From Phycisphaera mikurensis NBRC 102666 (GTDB lineage Bacteria > Planctomycetota > Phycisphaerae > Phycisphaerales > Phycisphaeraceae), in NCBI RefSeq assembly GCF_000284115.1, contig NC_017080.1, forward strand, positions 3,120,001 to 3,152,000: a stretch of DNA of 32,000 bases. The letters run 5' to 3'. The position numbers were made by a program, and so were the translations under genes. Below, piece by piece: positions 1-8,668 of the stretch. The notes under the pieces were generated by a model, which was given only the letters and a program-made list of their open reading frames with translations, ran no database searches and was not told the DNA's origin. The stretch's first letter is position 1; every line of letters begins with the position of its first letter.

Positions 1-1167
1 GAGGCCGCCGCCAGCGGCGGGATCGCCGCCGCCGGCGGCTGGCTCTACGCCTACGGCGGCCACGTCACGCCGACGCACGCGTACCACCGCGAGGCCGTGT
101 CGGGCGCCTTCCACCGCGCCCGCCTCGACCGGCTCGCCGGCGGCGACGCGTCCGCCTGGGAGGCGTTGCCCGCCGGGGAGCCGCTCCAAGGCATGAACCT
201 CGCCGCGCTCGGCGGCAAGCTCTACCTCGCCGGCGGCATGCAGCCGCAGAACCGCGAGGGCCACGAAGAAGACAACCGCTCCGTCGCCGACGCCCGCGTC
301 TTCGATCCCGCCGCCGGCGCCTGGGGCGACCTGCCGCTGCTGCCCGAGCCCCGCTCCTCCCACGACCTGGTCGCCCTCGGCGGGAAGCTCTGGGTCGTCG
401 GCGGCTGGCACATGCACGGCCGGGCGCAGACGTGGTCCGACACGATCCTCTGCCTCGACCCCGCGGCCGAGTCGCCCCGCTGGGAGGCACGCCCGCAGCC
501 GTTCCGACGCCGCGCCCTGATCGCCGCCGCGTTCGAAGACCGCCTCTGGGTCATCGGCGGCATGAACGACGCGCAGAAGATCCCCGCCGCCGTCTCCATC
601 TACGACCCCGCCTCCAACGCCTGGGCCGACGGCCCGCCCCTGCCCGCCGGCCGCTTCAATGGCTTCTCGCCCGCGGCCTGCGTCGCCGGCGGCCGGCTCT
701 ACGTGAGCGTCGCCGACGGCACGCTGCTCCGCCTGTCCGCGGCAAAGGACGCGTGGGAGGAGGTCGCCCGCGCCGCCCCGCGGGTGGTCCACCGCATGGT
801 CGCCGACGAAGCCCGCGGCCGGCTGCTGCTCGCCGGCGGTGCCTGGGACGGCGACAACCTCGACCGCATCGACGCGGTGGAGATCCCCGGACTCGCCGGA
901 GCGACACCCGGCACGCCCGAGGCCGACGCCGACGCCCCGCCCGACGCAGCCGCCGCGGCCGCGTCCGCCGCCGCGGCCGCGGCGCAGACCCACTGCCCCG
1001 TGATGCCGAAGGTCGGGGTGAGCGAGGCGAGCCGCACCGTCTTCCACCGCGGCCACACGGTCCGCCTCTGCTGCCGCCTCTGTGTGAAGCACTGGAACGC
1101 AGACCCGCTGGCCTTCGCCGACCCCGACCTGCTCCCGCAGCTGCGGGCGGCGCCGAGCGACTCCTGA
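1..1167 (+). CDS. Kelch/beta-propeller repeat protein with C-terminal YHS-like CC motif, 5' truncated by window edge
   Basis: Frame 1 is open from base 1 (EAAASGGIAAAGGWLYAYGGHVTP...). Repeated kelch signatures: LAALGGKLYLAGGM, LVALGGKLWVVGGW, AAFEDRLWVIGGM. Tail HCPVMPKVG...VFHRGHTVRLCCRLCVKHWNADP resembles a YHS/metal-binding module. Confidence 0.8.
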   Translation, partial: EAAASGGIAAAGGWLYAYGGHVTPTHAYHREAVSGAFHRARLDRLAGGDASAWEALPAGEPLQGMNLAALGGKLYLAGGMQPQNREGHEEDNRSVADARVFDPAAGAWGDLPLLPEPRSSHDLVALGGKLWVVGGWHMHGRAQTWSDTILCLDPAAESPRWEARPQPFRRRALIAAAFEDRLWVIGGMNDAQKIPAAVSIYDPASNAWADGPPLPAGRFNGFSPAACVAGGRLYVSVADGTLLRLSAAKDAWEEVARAAPRVVHRMVADEARGRLLLAGGAWDGDNLDRIDAVEIPGLAGATPGTPEADADAPPDAAAAAASAAAAAAQTHCPVMPKVGVSEASRTVFHRGHTVRLCCRLCVKHWNADPLAFADPDLLPQLRAAPSDS

Positions 1168-1241
1168 AGCGGCGGGCCGCCGCCGCCGTCACGCGCCGCC
1201 GGTTGCGGGTGCTGCCGGATCGGGGTGCCGGGCCTCGCGGG

Positions 1242-1448
1242 TCAGGCCGCCGCGGCGGCGAAGCCCGCGCAGCCGCTGATCGGCGTGACCTTCAGGCGCA
1301 GGCTCTCGTTGCGGGGATGGCCGCAGGGCTCGGTCATCCCGGCCGGGGCCGAGCGGGAGGTGCGGATCTGCACGAGCGGGGGCCGGTTCGGCTCGCCCTC
1401 GCCGAAGTGCCGACAGAGACCGCACTGACCGTCTTGGAGCGTGAGCAT
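1242..1448 (-). CDS. Small cysteine-rich conserved-looking protein (68 aa)
   Basis: ATG at 1448; MLTLQDGQCGLCRHFGEGEPNRPPLVQIRTSRSAPAGMTEPCGHPRNESLRLKVTPISGCAGFAAAAA. Spaced CxxC, CGH and GCxGF motifs look like constrained protein rather than GC-driven ORF. Confidence 0.6.
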   Translation of the reverse strand: MLTLQDGQCGLCRHFGEGEPNRPPLVQIRTSRSAPAGMTEPCGHPRNESLRLKVTPISGCAGFAAAAA

Positions 1449-1603
1449 GGTGGAAGATCGTCCGCTTCGGAGGGCGACTGAAGCGCTGCGGCGGCCGCCG
1501 GGGCACCTCACGCCGGCCCCGCTTGGCGCTCCCGCCGCGTCCCCGCCGCGGACCGCGGCCGCTTCCGCCCGCTTGGGACCGCGGTCCGCGGATCCGGGCC
1601 GCT

Positions 1604-2098
1604 TCAGGCCCCGCGGTCCTCCGGCCGCGCCAACTCCACCTTGAAGACGACCTTGCGGACGCGCTCGCCGGCGGCCCCCAGGCACGGCGCGTGGACGTCT
1701 TCGGGGAGGAACAGCGCGAACTGGCCCGGGTTCAGGCCGAACCAGACCGCCGATCCCGCCGCCGGCCCCTCGTAGAACGCGACGTCGCGCTCGGGATCGT
1801 GCGGCACCGAGAGGGTGAGGTCGTCCCGGAGCGGGCACCAGCCGAAGCCCTCGCGATCGCCCAGGACCACCTGGATGTCGGCGTAGCGCCGGTGCGCCTC
1901 CCACCGCGCCTCCTCCCGCGGCTTGAGGGGCTGGGTCTGCGGCATCACCAGCAGACGCTCGCCCACGAGGGGGATCGTCCGGTCGCCCTCCGCGACCAGC
2001 GCGTCCAGGTCGCGACCGTCCAGCCAGGCGGCCGCTTGAGCGACCCCCGGCATCAGCCCCGCGTACCGGCCGAGGCGTGCGATGTCGTCGACGATCAT
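1604..2098 (-). CDS. YhcH/YjgK/YiaL family protein (DUF386-like)
   Basis: WEAHRRYADIQVVLGDREGFGWCPL...VAFYEGP...FALFLPEDVHAPCL...VRKVVFKVEL is characteristic of the family; ATG at 2098 gives 164 aa. Confidence 0.85.
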   Translation of the reverse strand: MIVDDIARLGRYAGLMPGVAQAAAWLDGRDLDALVAEGDRTIPLVGERLLVMPQTQPLKPREEARWEAHRRYADIQVVLGDREGFGWCPLRDDLTLSVPHDPERDVAFYEGPAAGSAVWFGLNPGQFALFLPEDVHAPCLGAAGERVRKVVFKVELARPEDRGA

Positions 2099-2133
2099 CC
2101 GCGGAAGGTACTTGCTATGATCTCCGCCGCATC

Positions 2134-2207
2134 GCACCGATAGCTCAATTGGATAGAGCAGCGGTTTACGGAGCCGCAGGTTGCAGGTTCGAGTCCTGCT
2201 CGGTGCA
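2134..2207 (+). tRNA. tRNA-Arg (anticodon ACG)
   Basis: Full cloverleaf: acceptor GCACCGA/TCGGTGC, D arm GCTC..GAGC, anticodon arm GCGGT-TTACGGA-GCCGC, T arm GCAGG-TTCGAGT-CCTGC, discriminator A; CCA not encoded. Confidence 0.96.
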
Positions 2208-2426
2208 AGAATCTTCGTACTCGATCCTCCCGGCGGTGCGGATCGAAGCTCGCAGGCCACGCGGCTCCGCGGGCGAGGCTCGCCGGCCTGACGCCCCGCC
2301 GGGTTCGGGCCGCGCCGCCGCGACCGGCGGTGGTGGTCGAACCGGCCGTGGCTCCGCCGGCATCCTCCCGTTGGGAGCACCCGGGGCGGCGGCTCGGGGG
2401 AAGCGGCCGCGGCTAGATTTCGTCCC

Positions 2427-3284
2427 GTGCCGCCCCGCTCCCCCGAACGCCTGCTCGCCGACCTGGAGGAGGTGATCCGCCCCCGGCAGCGGCTGCTGAC
2501 GGCGTTCTCCGGCGGGGTCGACTCGACGGTGGTCGCCGCCGCGGCCCGGCGCGTCCTCGGCAAGGCGGACGCTCCCGTCGCCGTCGGCGACAGCGCCTCG
2601 CTGCCGCGGCGGGAGCTGGCGGAGGCGCTGAAGCTGGCGGCCGCGCTCGACCTGGAGGTTCACGTCGTCCGCCCCGACGAGCAGAGCGACCCTGGCTACG
2701 TCGCCAACGCCGGCGACCGCTGCTACTTCTGCAAGACGCACCTCTACCGGACGCTGCACGGGCTCGCCGGGCGGCTGGGCATCGGCCACCTCGCCAACGG
2801 CACCAACGCCGACGATCCCGGCGATCACCGCCCCGGCCTCCGCGCCGCCGACGAGGCCGAGGTCGTCAGCCCCCTGCTCGAGGCCGGCCTCGACAAGGCG
2901 GGCGTCCGCGCCGTCGCCCACCGGCTGGGCCTGCCCAACGCGGACAAACCCGCGGCCGCCTGCCTCGCCAGCCGCATCGCCCACCACACGCCGGTGACGG
3001 CCGCGGCGTTGAATCGTGTCGAGGCCGCCGAGGACGCGCTCCTCGCCGCCGGCTTCAAGCAGCTCCGCGTGCGTGACCACGGCGAGGTCGCCCGGCTGGA
3101 GGTGCCGCTGCGGGCCATGCCGCTCCTGCTCGACGACGGCGTGCGCGAGCGGGTCGTTGAGGCCTGCAGAGCCGCCGGCTACGCCTACGTTTCCCTCGAT
3201 CTGGAGGGCTTCCGCAGCGGAAGCGGGAACGTGACGCTGACGAGCTCGGCGGGCCGGAAGCAAGCCCGGTCCACGGGCGGCTGA
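2427..3284 (+). CDS. larE: ATP-dependent sacrificial sulfur transferase LarE family (PP-loop)
   Basis: PP-loop FSGGVDSTVVAA, GDRCYFCKTHLY, NGTNADDPGDHRPGLRAADE, KPAAACLASRI; length matches LarE. Confidence 0.87.
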   Translation: MPPRSPERLLADLEEVIRPRQRLLTAFSGGVDSTVVAAAARRVLGKADAPVAVGDSASLPRRELAEALKLAAALDLEVHVVRPDEQSDPGYVANAGDRCYFCKTHLYRTLHGLAGRLGIGHLANGTNADDPGDHRPGLRAADEAEVVSPLLEAGLDKAGVRAVAHRLGLPNADKPAAACLASRIAHHTPVTAAALNRVEAAEDALLAAGFKQLRVRDHGEVARLEVPLRAMPLLLDDGVRERVVEACRAAGYAYVSLDLEGFRSGSGNVTLTSSAGRKQARSTGG

Positions 3285-3376
3285 CCGGAGAGAGCCGAAG
3301 CGACGTGTGGTCGACGCGCTGGAGGAGGGCTGCACGGCTCGCGAAGCCCGACGCGCTGCGCTCGCGGCCGCACCGC

Positions 3377-3616
3377 GGAGAGACGAAGAGCCGAAGACGG
3401 CCGCGCATCGCCGCAGGCAACAACGCCCCTGCTCCTCCCCGCCTCCCCGCCTCTCCGCCTCTTCGTCTCTTCGTCTCTCCGCCTCCCCGTCTCTTCGTCT
3501 CTTCGTCTCTTCGTCTCTTCGTCTCTTTGGCTCTTCGTCTCTTCGTCTCTTCGTCTCTTCGTCTCTTCGTCTCTCCGTCTCTCCGTCTCTCCGTCTCTCC
3601 ACCTCTCCGCCTCCCC
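3377..3616. repeat. Octameric purine/pyrimidine inverted-repeat element (locus 1); 22 in-phase units of GYCTCYYC at 3441-3616, short complementary purine arm at 3377-3400
   Basis: Direct reading: gcctcccc gcctctcc gcctcttc gtctcttc ... acctctcc gcctcccc, with no phase slip over 176 bp. Purine arm GGAGAGAC GAAGAGCC GAAGACGG upstream. Confidence 0.9.
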
Positions 3617-3694
3617 GCCGCCAGCCCACCGACTCCCCGCCCTACCGTCCAAGGCCGCATCGCTCTCCCGGTTCGATCCGCAAGGCGCTCTCTC

Positions 3695-4282
3695 ATGAAA
3701 CGAAAATGCGACCAGTGCGGACGCCCCGCCACGCACCACGCGGTGGACATCGTCAAGGGCGTGAAGACTGAGACCCACCTCTGCGACGTCCACGCCGCGG
3801 AGGCGGGGCTGGACCAGACGCCCGCCGCGCACACGCCGATCGACGAGCTGCTGACCAGCTTCGTGAAGGTGCACTCCACGGGCGAGACGGCGACCATCGG
3901 CAAGGCGCCGACCCGCGTCTGCAGCAGCTGCGGGCTGACCTTCTCGGAGTTCCGCGAGAAGTCGCTGCTGGGCTGCCCCACCTGCTACGCCGACTTCGAG
4001 GCGCAGCTCGGGCCGCTCCTGGAGCGGGCCCACGAGGGCGGCACGCACCACGTCGGCAAGACCCCGCGGCGGGCGGGCGGCGCCGAGCAGCGGCAGCTGC
4101 GGCTGGCCCGGCTCCAGCGACGCCTCGACGAGGCCCTGGAGGCGGAGGACTACGAGTCGGCGGCGGAGATCCGGGACGAGCTCGAGGGCGTGGCTTCGGC
4201 CTCCGACAGCACGGGGTCCTCGGGGGCGACCGGCCCGAAGCCGCAAGCCGCGTCCGATCCCTCGTCCGGGAGCGGCGAATGA
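3695..4282 (+). CDS. mcsA: McsA-like protein: zinc-finger CxxC pairs plus UVR motif, partner/activator of McsB
   Basis: MKRKCDQCGRPATHH...LCDVHAAE...CSSCGLTFSEFREKSLLGCPTCYADF...RLQRRLDEALEAEDYESAAEIRDELE; overlaps mcsB by 4 bp. Confidence 0.88.
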   Translation: MKRKCDQCGRPATHHAVDIVKGVKTETHLCDVHAAEAGLDQTPAAHTPIDELLTSFVKVHSTGETATIGKAPTRVCSSCGLTFSEFREKSLLGCPTCYADFEAQLGPLLERAHEGGTHHVGKTPRRAGGAEQRQLRLARLQRRLDEALEAEDYESAAEIRDELEGVASASDSTGSSGATGPKPQAASDPSSGSGE

Positions 4283-5340
4283 CCCCCGGACGCATGATCG
4301 ATCACGCCGGCGAGTGGCTCCGGGGCGAGGGTCCCGAGAGCGACGTGGTCATCTCCTCGCGAATCCGCCTCGCGCGGAACCTCGCCGGCTTCCCCTTCGT
4401 CAACCGCACCAACACCCGGCAGAAGCACGCGATCCTCGCGGCCTGCCGCGAGCGGGTCACGCAGCGGCGGATCGCCGAGAACGCGGTCTGGATCGGCATC
4501 GACGACGCCGACGCGCTGGACCGGCAGCTGCTCGTCGAGCGGCACCTCATCAGCCGGCCGTTCGCGAACCCCAAGAACAGCCTGCCGCGCGGCGTCGCCC
4601 TGGGAGCCGACGAGACCTTCGCGATCATGGTGAACGAGGAGGACCACCTCCGCGTGCAGGTGCTCCGCTCGGGCATGCAGCTCTCCGAGGCCTTCGACCA
4701 GATCGGCCGCATCGACGACGTGCTCGAAGAGGATCTGGATTTCGCCTACTCGCGTCGCTTCGGCTACCTCACCGCCTGCCCCACCAACGCGGGCACCGGC
4801 ATCCGCGTGAGCGTGATGCTGCACCTGCCGGCGCTCAAGCTCACCGGCGAGATCGACAAGGTCAAGCGGGCCGCCCGCGAGCTGCACCTGGCCGTCCGCG
4901 GCATGTTCGGCGAGGGCAGCGACGCCCACGGCGACCTGTACCAGGTGAGCAACCAGACGACGCTGGGCAAGACCGAGGAGGAGATCCTCGGCGACTTCCA
5001 GAAGACGGTCGTCCCGCAGATCATCGCCTACGAGAACCAGGCCCGGCAGCTGCTGGTCAAGCAGCGAGAAGCCCAGCTCGACGACCGCATCTGGCGGGCC
5101 TGGGGCCTGCTCACCTCGGCCCGCGTCATGGGCACCGAGGAGGTCCTCCAGCTCCTGAGCCACGTCCGCCTGGGGGTGAACCTCGGCCGCCTGGCCACCG
5201 TCGACATCCGCACCGTCAACGAGCTCTTCCTCCTGACTCAGCCCGCCCACCTGCAGAAGCTCACCGGCGAGCCCATGGAACCCGCCGAGCGACGCGTCGC
5301 GCGGGCGAAGATGCTGCGTCAGCGGCTCAAGGCTTCGTGA
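4279..5340 (+). CDS. mcsB: Protein arginine kinase McsB
   Basis: VVISSRIRLARNLAGFPF, NEEDHLRVQVLRSGMQL, FGYLTACPTNAGTGIRVSVMLHLPAL, QVSNQTTLGKTEEEIL are phosphagen-kinase/McsB signatures. Confidence 0.96.
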   Translation: MTPGRMIDHAGEWLRGEGPESDVVISSRIRLARNLAGFPFVNRTNTRQKHAILAACRERVTQRRIAENAVWIGIDDADALDRQLLVERHLISRPFANPKNSLPRGVALGADETFAIMVNEEDHLRVQVLRSGMQLSEAFDQIGRIDDVLEEDLDFAYSRRFGYLTACPTNAGTGIRVSVMLHLPALKLTGEIDKVKRAARELHLAVRGMFGEGSDAHGDLYQVSNQTTLGKTEEEILGDFQKTVVPQIIAYENQARQLLVKQREAQLDDRIWRAWGLLTSARVMGTEEVLQLLSHVRLGVNLGRLATVDIRTVNELFLLTQPAHLQKLTGEPMEPAERRVARAKMLRQRLKAS

Positions 5341-5567
5341 GTCTCGGCGTGTACGGGCAGGGAGGCGAGCCGCGGATGAGCACAGATGAACACGGATGAG
5401 AACGAAGCCCGCGTATCACCACCGCATTCCAGCGGACACGCGGCATCGCGCGCTGCTTGGTGCGTGTTGAAGCGGAAGCAGGACGGGTCCGGCAAGCTGC
5501 GCCGCTCCCCCTGCTCGGTGCTTCTCTGCTCCCATCGGTGGATCGTCTTCGCCCGGGTCCGCAGGGC

Positions 5568-6224
5568 ATGAGCACGCGCGCCCCCGCCGCCTACCAGGCG
5601 CTCCTGGAGCAGCTCGCGAAGCTGCCCGGGGTGGGTCGCCGCTCCGCGGAGCGGATCGCGCTGCACCTGCTCAAGAAGCCCGACGCGGAGAGCTTCGCGC
5701 TCGCCGCGGCGTTGCGGGCCTTCCGCGAGGAGCTGGTGGTCTGCTCGGTCACCGGCATGGTCGCCGACGCCGATCCGTGCTGGATCGTGACCGATCCCAA
5801 GCGGGATCACACCAGGATCCTGGTCGTCGAGCAGCCCGCCGACGTGCTCGCCTTCGAGCAGAGCAACGCCTGGAACGGCAGCTACCACGTGCTGCTCGGC
5901 CGGCTGTCGCCGATGGAGGCCGTCAGCCCCGGCGATCTGAACATCGGCCTGCTGCTGGACCGCGTGCGGGCGGGCGGCCGCGGACCGTCGGGCGGAACGG
6001 CCGGAAACGACGACGGTCCGCGGATCCGCATCGAGGAGGTCGTGCTCGCGACCAGCCCGAGCCTCGAGGGCGACGGCACCGCGCTGTACCTCGAGCAGGA
6101 GCTCGCCGGCCTCGGCGTCTCCGTCACCCGCGTCGCCCGCGGCCTCTCCGCCGGGCAAGCGCTGGACACCGCGAGCAAGGCGGTGCTCGGCGACGCGCTC
6201 CACCACCGCGTCCCGACGCGCTGA
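5568..6224 (+). CDS. recR: Recombination protein RecR (Toprim), with degenerate zinc finger
   Basis: LLEQLAKLPGVGRRSAERIALHLL; RILVVEQPADVLAFEQSNAWNGSYHVLLGRLSPMEAVSPGDL; LATSPSLEGDGTALYL. Start placed at ATG 5568 (MSTRAPAAYQALLE). Confidence 0.88.
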   Translation: MSTRAPAAYQALLEQLAKLPGVGRRSAERIALHLLKKPDAESFALAAALRAFREELVVCSVTGMVADADPCWIVTDPKRDHTRILVVEQPADVLAFEQSNAWNGSYHVLLGRLSPMEAVSPGDLNIGLLLDRVRAGGRGPSGGTAGNDDGPRIRIEEVVLATSPSLEGDGTALYLEQELAGLGVSVTRVARGLSAGQALDTASKAVLGDALHHRVPTR

Positions 6225-6423
6225 GACGCATCCCACGTGAACGCGCGGGCGCCCGCTGATCCACCGGCTCGGTCGCCACGCTCTTCAGGGCTGGGCCTTC
6301 GACGCGTTCTTCGGGAAGACCGGGATGCTCGGCTCCGCGAGGATGCGCAGAAGGTCGGGCCCTCCGGCGGGTGGGGGGACCCGCGTGGCGGAGGCGGAAC
6401 CGCATCGAACCGATACCCGGTGC

Positions 6424-7410
6424 ATGACCGCCCCGACTTCCTTCCTCTTCGGCTCGGGACGCTCGGGCACGGTGGTGCTGCTGCGGCTGATCAACCTCGA
6501 TCCCGGCGTGGTGGTCCGCAACGAACCCGACGAGCTCAGCGACTCGCCGCTGGGCCGCGCACTGGGGCAGAGCGGCGTGCGCGACGACGCCAACGACGGC
6601 ACCGCGATCGACGTCGCGCTCGACACCTCCGGCGGCTTCGGCCGCCGCTTCGACGAAGCGCTCGCGGCGATCCGCACCCGCCGGGGGACGCGGGACCACC
6701 CCTGGGCGACACGCAAGGCCTGGCACCGCCCGATCCCGCTCAAGCTGCTCAACGCGGGGCTCAAGGCCGGCCTCCGGCAGCGGCTGCAACGCGGCCGCGA
6801 GGCCTGGGAGGTGCCGGGCTGGGCCGCGGATCGGGCGGCGCTCGCCGCGGCGCCGCTGAGCGTGAAGATCAACAACGGGCCCGCCCTGGCGCGGTGGCTC
6901 GCCGCGGAGCGGCCGGACCTCCGAGCGATGGAGATCGTCCGCCACCCCGGGGGCTTCCTCGCCTCGTGGCGGGCCCGCTGGCTCAACCGGCCCGGGGTCG
7001 ACCCCGCGGCCGTCCTCGCGAAGAACCGGGCACGCCTCGCCGCCGTCGCGGCGGCCGAGCCCGCGTGGGGCGAGCGCTGGGGAGACCCCGCCGCGCTCGA
7101 CGTCGACGCCAGCGAGCTCTGGTACTGGCGCTACAGCAATGAGGCGGTGCTGGCGGCCTACGCGGGCGACACCCGGCTGCTCCCCATCGGCTTCGAACGC
7201 TTCTGCCGCGAGCCGCAGGCGCACGCGGAGGCGGTCTACCGCCACCTCGGGCTTCCGTACACCGACCGCGTCCGAGCCGGCGTGGCGGCCGAGATGCAAG
7301 GATCCACGGAGATCGCTTCGGCCTGGAAGCAGAAGCTCGGCCCCGAGCGGGTGGCGCTTGTCGAGGCCGTGCTCGCGGGCAGCCCGCTCGCCGACCTCGT
7401 CGAGGCCTGA
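6424..7410 (+). CDS. Sulfotransferase family protein
   Basis: FLFGSGRSGTVVLLRLINLDPGVVVRNEPDEL (PAPS 5'-phosphosulfate-binding-like loop), LRAMEIVRHPGGFLASW, LLPIGFERFCREPQAHAEAVYRHLGLPY. Confidence 0.78.
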   Translation: MTAPTSFLFGSGRSGTVVLLRLINLDPGVVVRNEPDELSDSPLGRALGQSGVRDDANDGTAIDVALDTSGGFGRRFDEALAAIRTRRGTRDHPWATRKAWHRPIPLKLLNAGLKAGLRQRLQRGREAWEVPGWAADRAALAAAPLSVKINNGPALARWLAAERPDLRAMEIVRHPGGFLASWRARWLNRPGVDPAAVLAKNRARLAAVAAAEPAWGERWGDPAALDVDASELWYWRYSNEAVLAAYAGDTRLLPIGFERFCREPQAHAEAVYRHLGLPYTDRVRAGVAAEMQGSTEIASAWKQKLGPERVALVEAVLAGSPLADLVEA

Positions 7411-7643
7411 CCCCGGCGGCGGAAGCTTCATCTGAAACGAATCCCGAGGGTTCAGAAGAAGTTGTCCACCGCCGCGTCCGGAGGCTTCGCTGCCGCGGAG
7501 CCGGGCGCCGGTCGACCCCGATCGGGTGCGCCGCTCGGGCGGCGCCGGGCGAGCGGCCTTCTGCGTTCCCGCGCAGCGAAACGCGGAGGGCGCCGGATGG
7601 CGCTCCTCCGCGGCTTGGCGGGATCCGGCGTCGGACCAGCCGC

Positions 7644-8393
7644 TTAGGCGCGGCGTCGGCGGGTGGCCAGCAGCGCCAGGCCCGCGGCGGCGAGCGTCGC
7701 GGAGGCGGGCTCGGGGATGAAGAGCGTGGAGATCGTGTCGATGGCGAGGTCGGTCGCGCCGACCGTGAAGCCGTTGACCACCTTCGTGTTCCGGTTGTCG
7801 AACCCGACGATGATGCGGGAGACGTCGGTGAAATCGACGTTGGCGTAGTTCGCCGCGCTGAAGGCGAAGTACAGCGCCTGGTCGTCGCGGAGGCTGTCCG
7901 GCGCGTTGTCGCTGTCGAAGGCGAACGCGAGCTGGGGCAACGTCCCGCTGCCCGTGCCGGAATCGACCCGCACGAAGACGCGGCTCACGCCCTGGATTCC
8001 GCGGAAGTCGATGGCGAAGGCGTTGGAGGCGCCGCCGTCGGTGAGGTCGATTCCGCCGAGGTTGGCGTAATCCAGGTTCAGGTTGGCGAGGCCGTTGAAG
8101 CTGTCCGACAGCAGCAGCACGCCGCCGGGCGTGGAGCCGACGCCCAGGGCGGCACCGAAGGTCGCGGCGCTGACGGTGCCGCCGCCTTGACGGATCCGCA
8201 GGCTCGTCTTGCGGTCACCGCCGACGATCCCGGCGCCGCTCGACGTGGAGGAGACGGGCGCGGTGGAGGTGTCGCCGCGGAGGTTCAGCTCGAAGTCACC
8301 GGTCTCGAAGTCGTCGATGAGGACGGCGGAAGCGGCGGGAGCGAGAGCGACGGTGAGAGCGGAAAGGGCCGCGAGGCGAGGGAGTGAGAGCAC
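7644..8393 (-). CDS. Secreted PEP-CTERM sorting-domain protein
   Basis: Hydrophobic leader LAALSALTVALAPAASA; C-terminus FIPEPASATLAAAGLALLATRRRRA (PEP, TM, Arg-rich). GTG start at 8393 has an upstream AGGAG; the longer listed ORF lacks support. Confidence 0.8.
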   Translation of the reverse strand: MLSLPRLAALSALTVALAPAASAVLIDDFETGDFELNLRGDTSTAPVSSTSSGAGIVGGDRKTSLRIRQGGGTVSAATFGAALGVGSTPGGVLLLSDSFNGLANLNLDYANLGGIDLTDGGASNAFAIDFRGIQGVSRVFVRVDSGTGSGTLPQLAFAFDSDNAPDSLRDDQALYFAFSAANYANVDFTDVSRIIVGFDNRNTKVVNGFTVGATDLAIDTISTLFIPEPASATLAAAGLALLATRRRRA

Positions 8394-8668
8394 GGAAAAG
8401 ATCTCCTGAGGAGCTGCGTCGGACCGGAAGGATGCAGCGAACCGCGCCGGGTCGGCCGGCGGTGGGCTGCTCAGGGACCCCATGAGGTGGCCCCCTCCGG
8501 CCGGACTTTAAGCCTCGGCTGAATGCATCGCAAGAGGCAGCCGCCGGATTGGCGATGGTTTTTTTCGCTGGTTTTCGCTTGACAAAACGAATCCGAACCG
8601 TCACGGGCCCCATCTTGCCCAGCTTGCCAGGCCCGCGCCGCCGCGGCCGAATCCGCGTGGCCGGCGGC

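Noticed and set aside
3185-3920. ORFs with (RRRDEETK)n or (RLFVSSSL)n repeats around 3440-3620
   Set aside because: Direct translations of the 8-bp array (24 nt encode 8 aa in every frame); no independent protein evidence.
5457-5567. N-terminal extension of RecR (MVRVEAEAGRVRQAAPL...)
   Set aside because: RecR homology begins near ATG 5568; the extension is low-complexity high-GC frame.
8394-8483. Upstream start for the PEP-CTERM protein
   Set aside because: Signal peptide and AGGAG placement support the GTG at 8393 instead.
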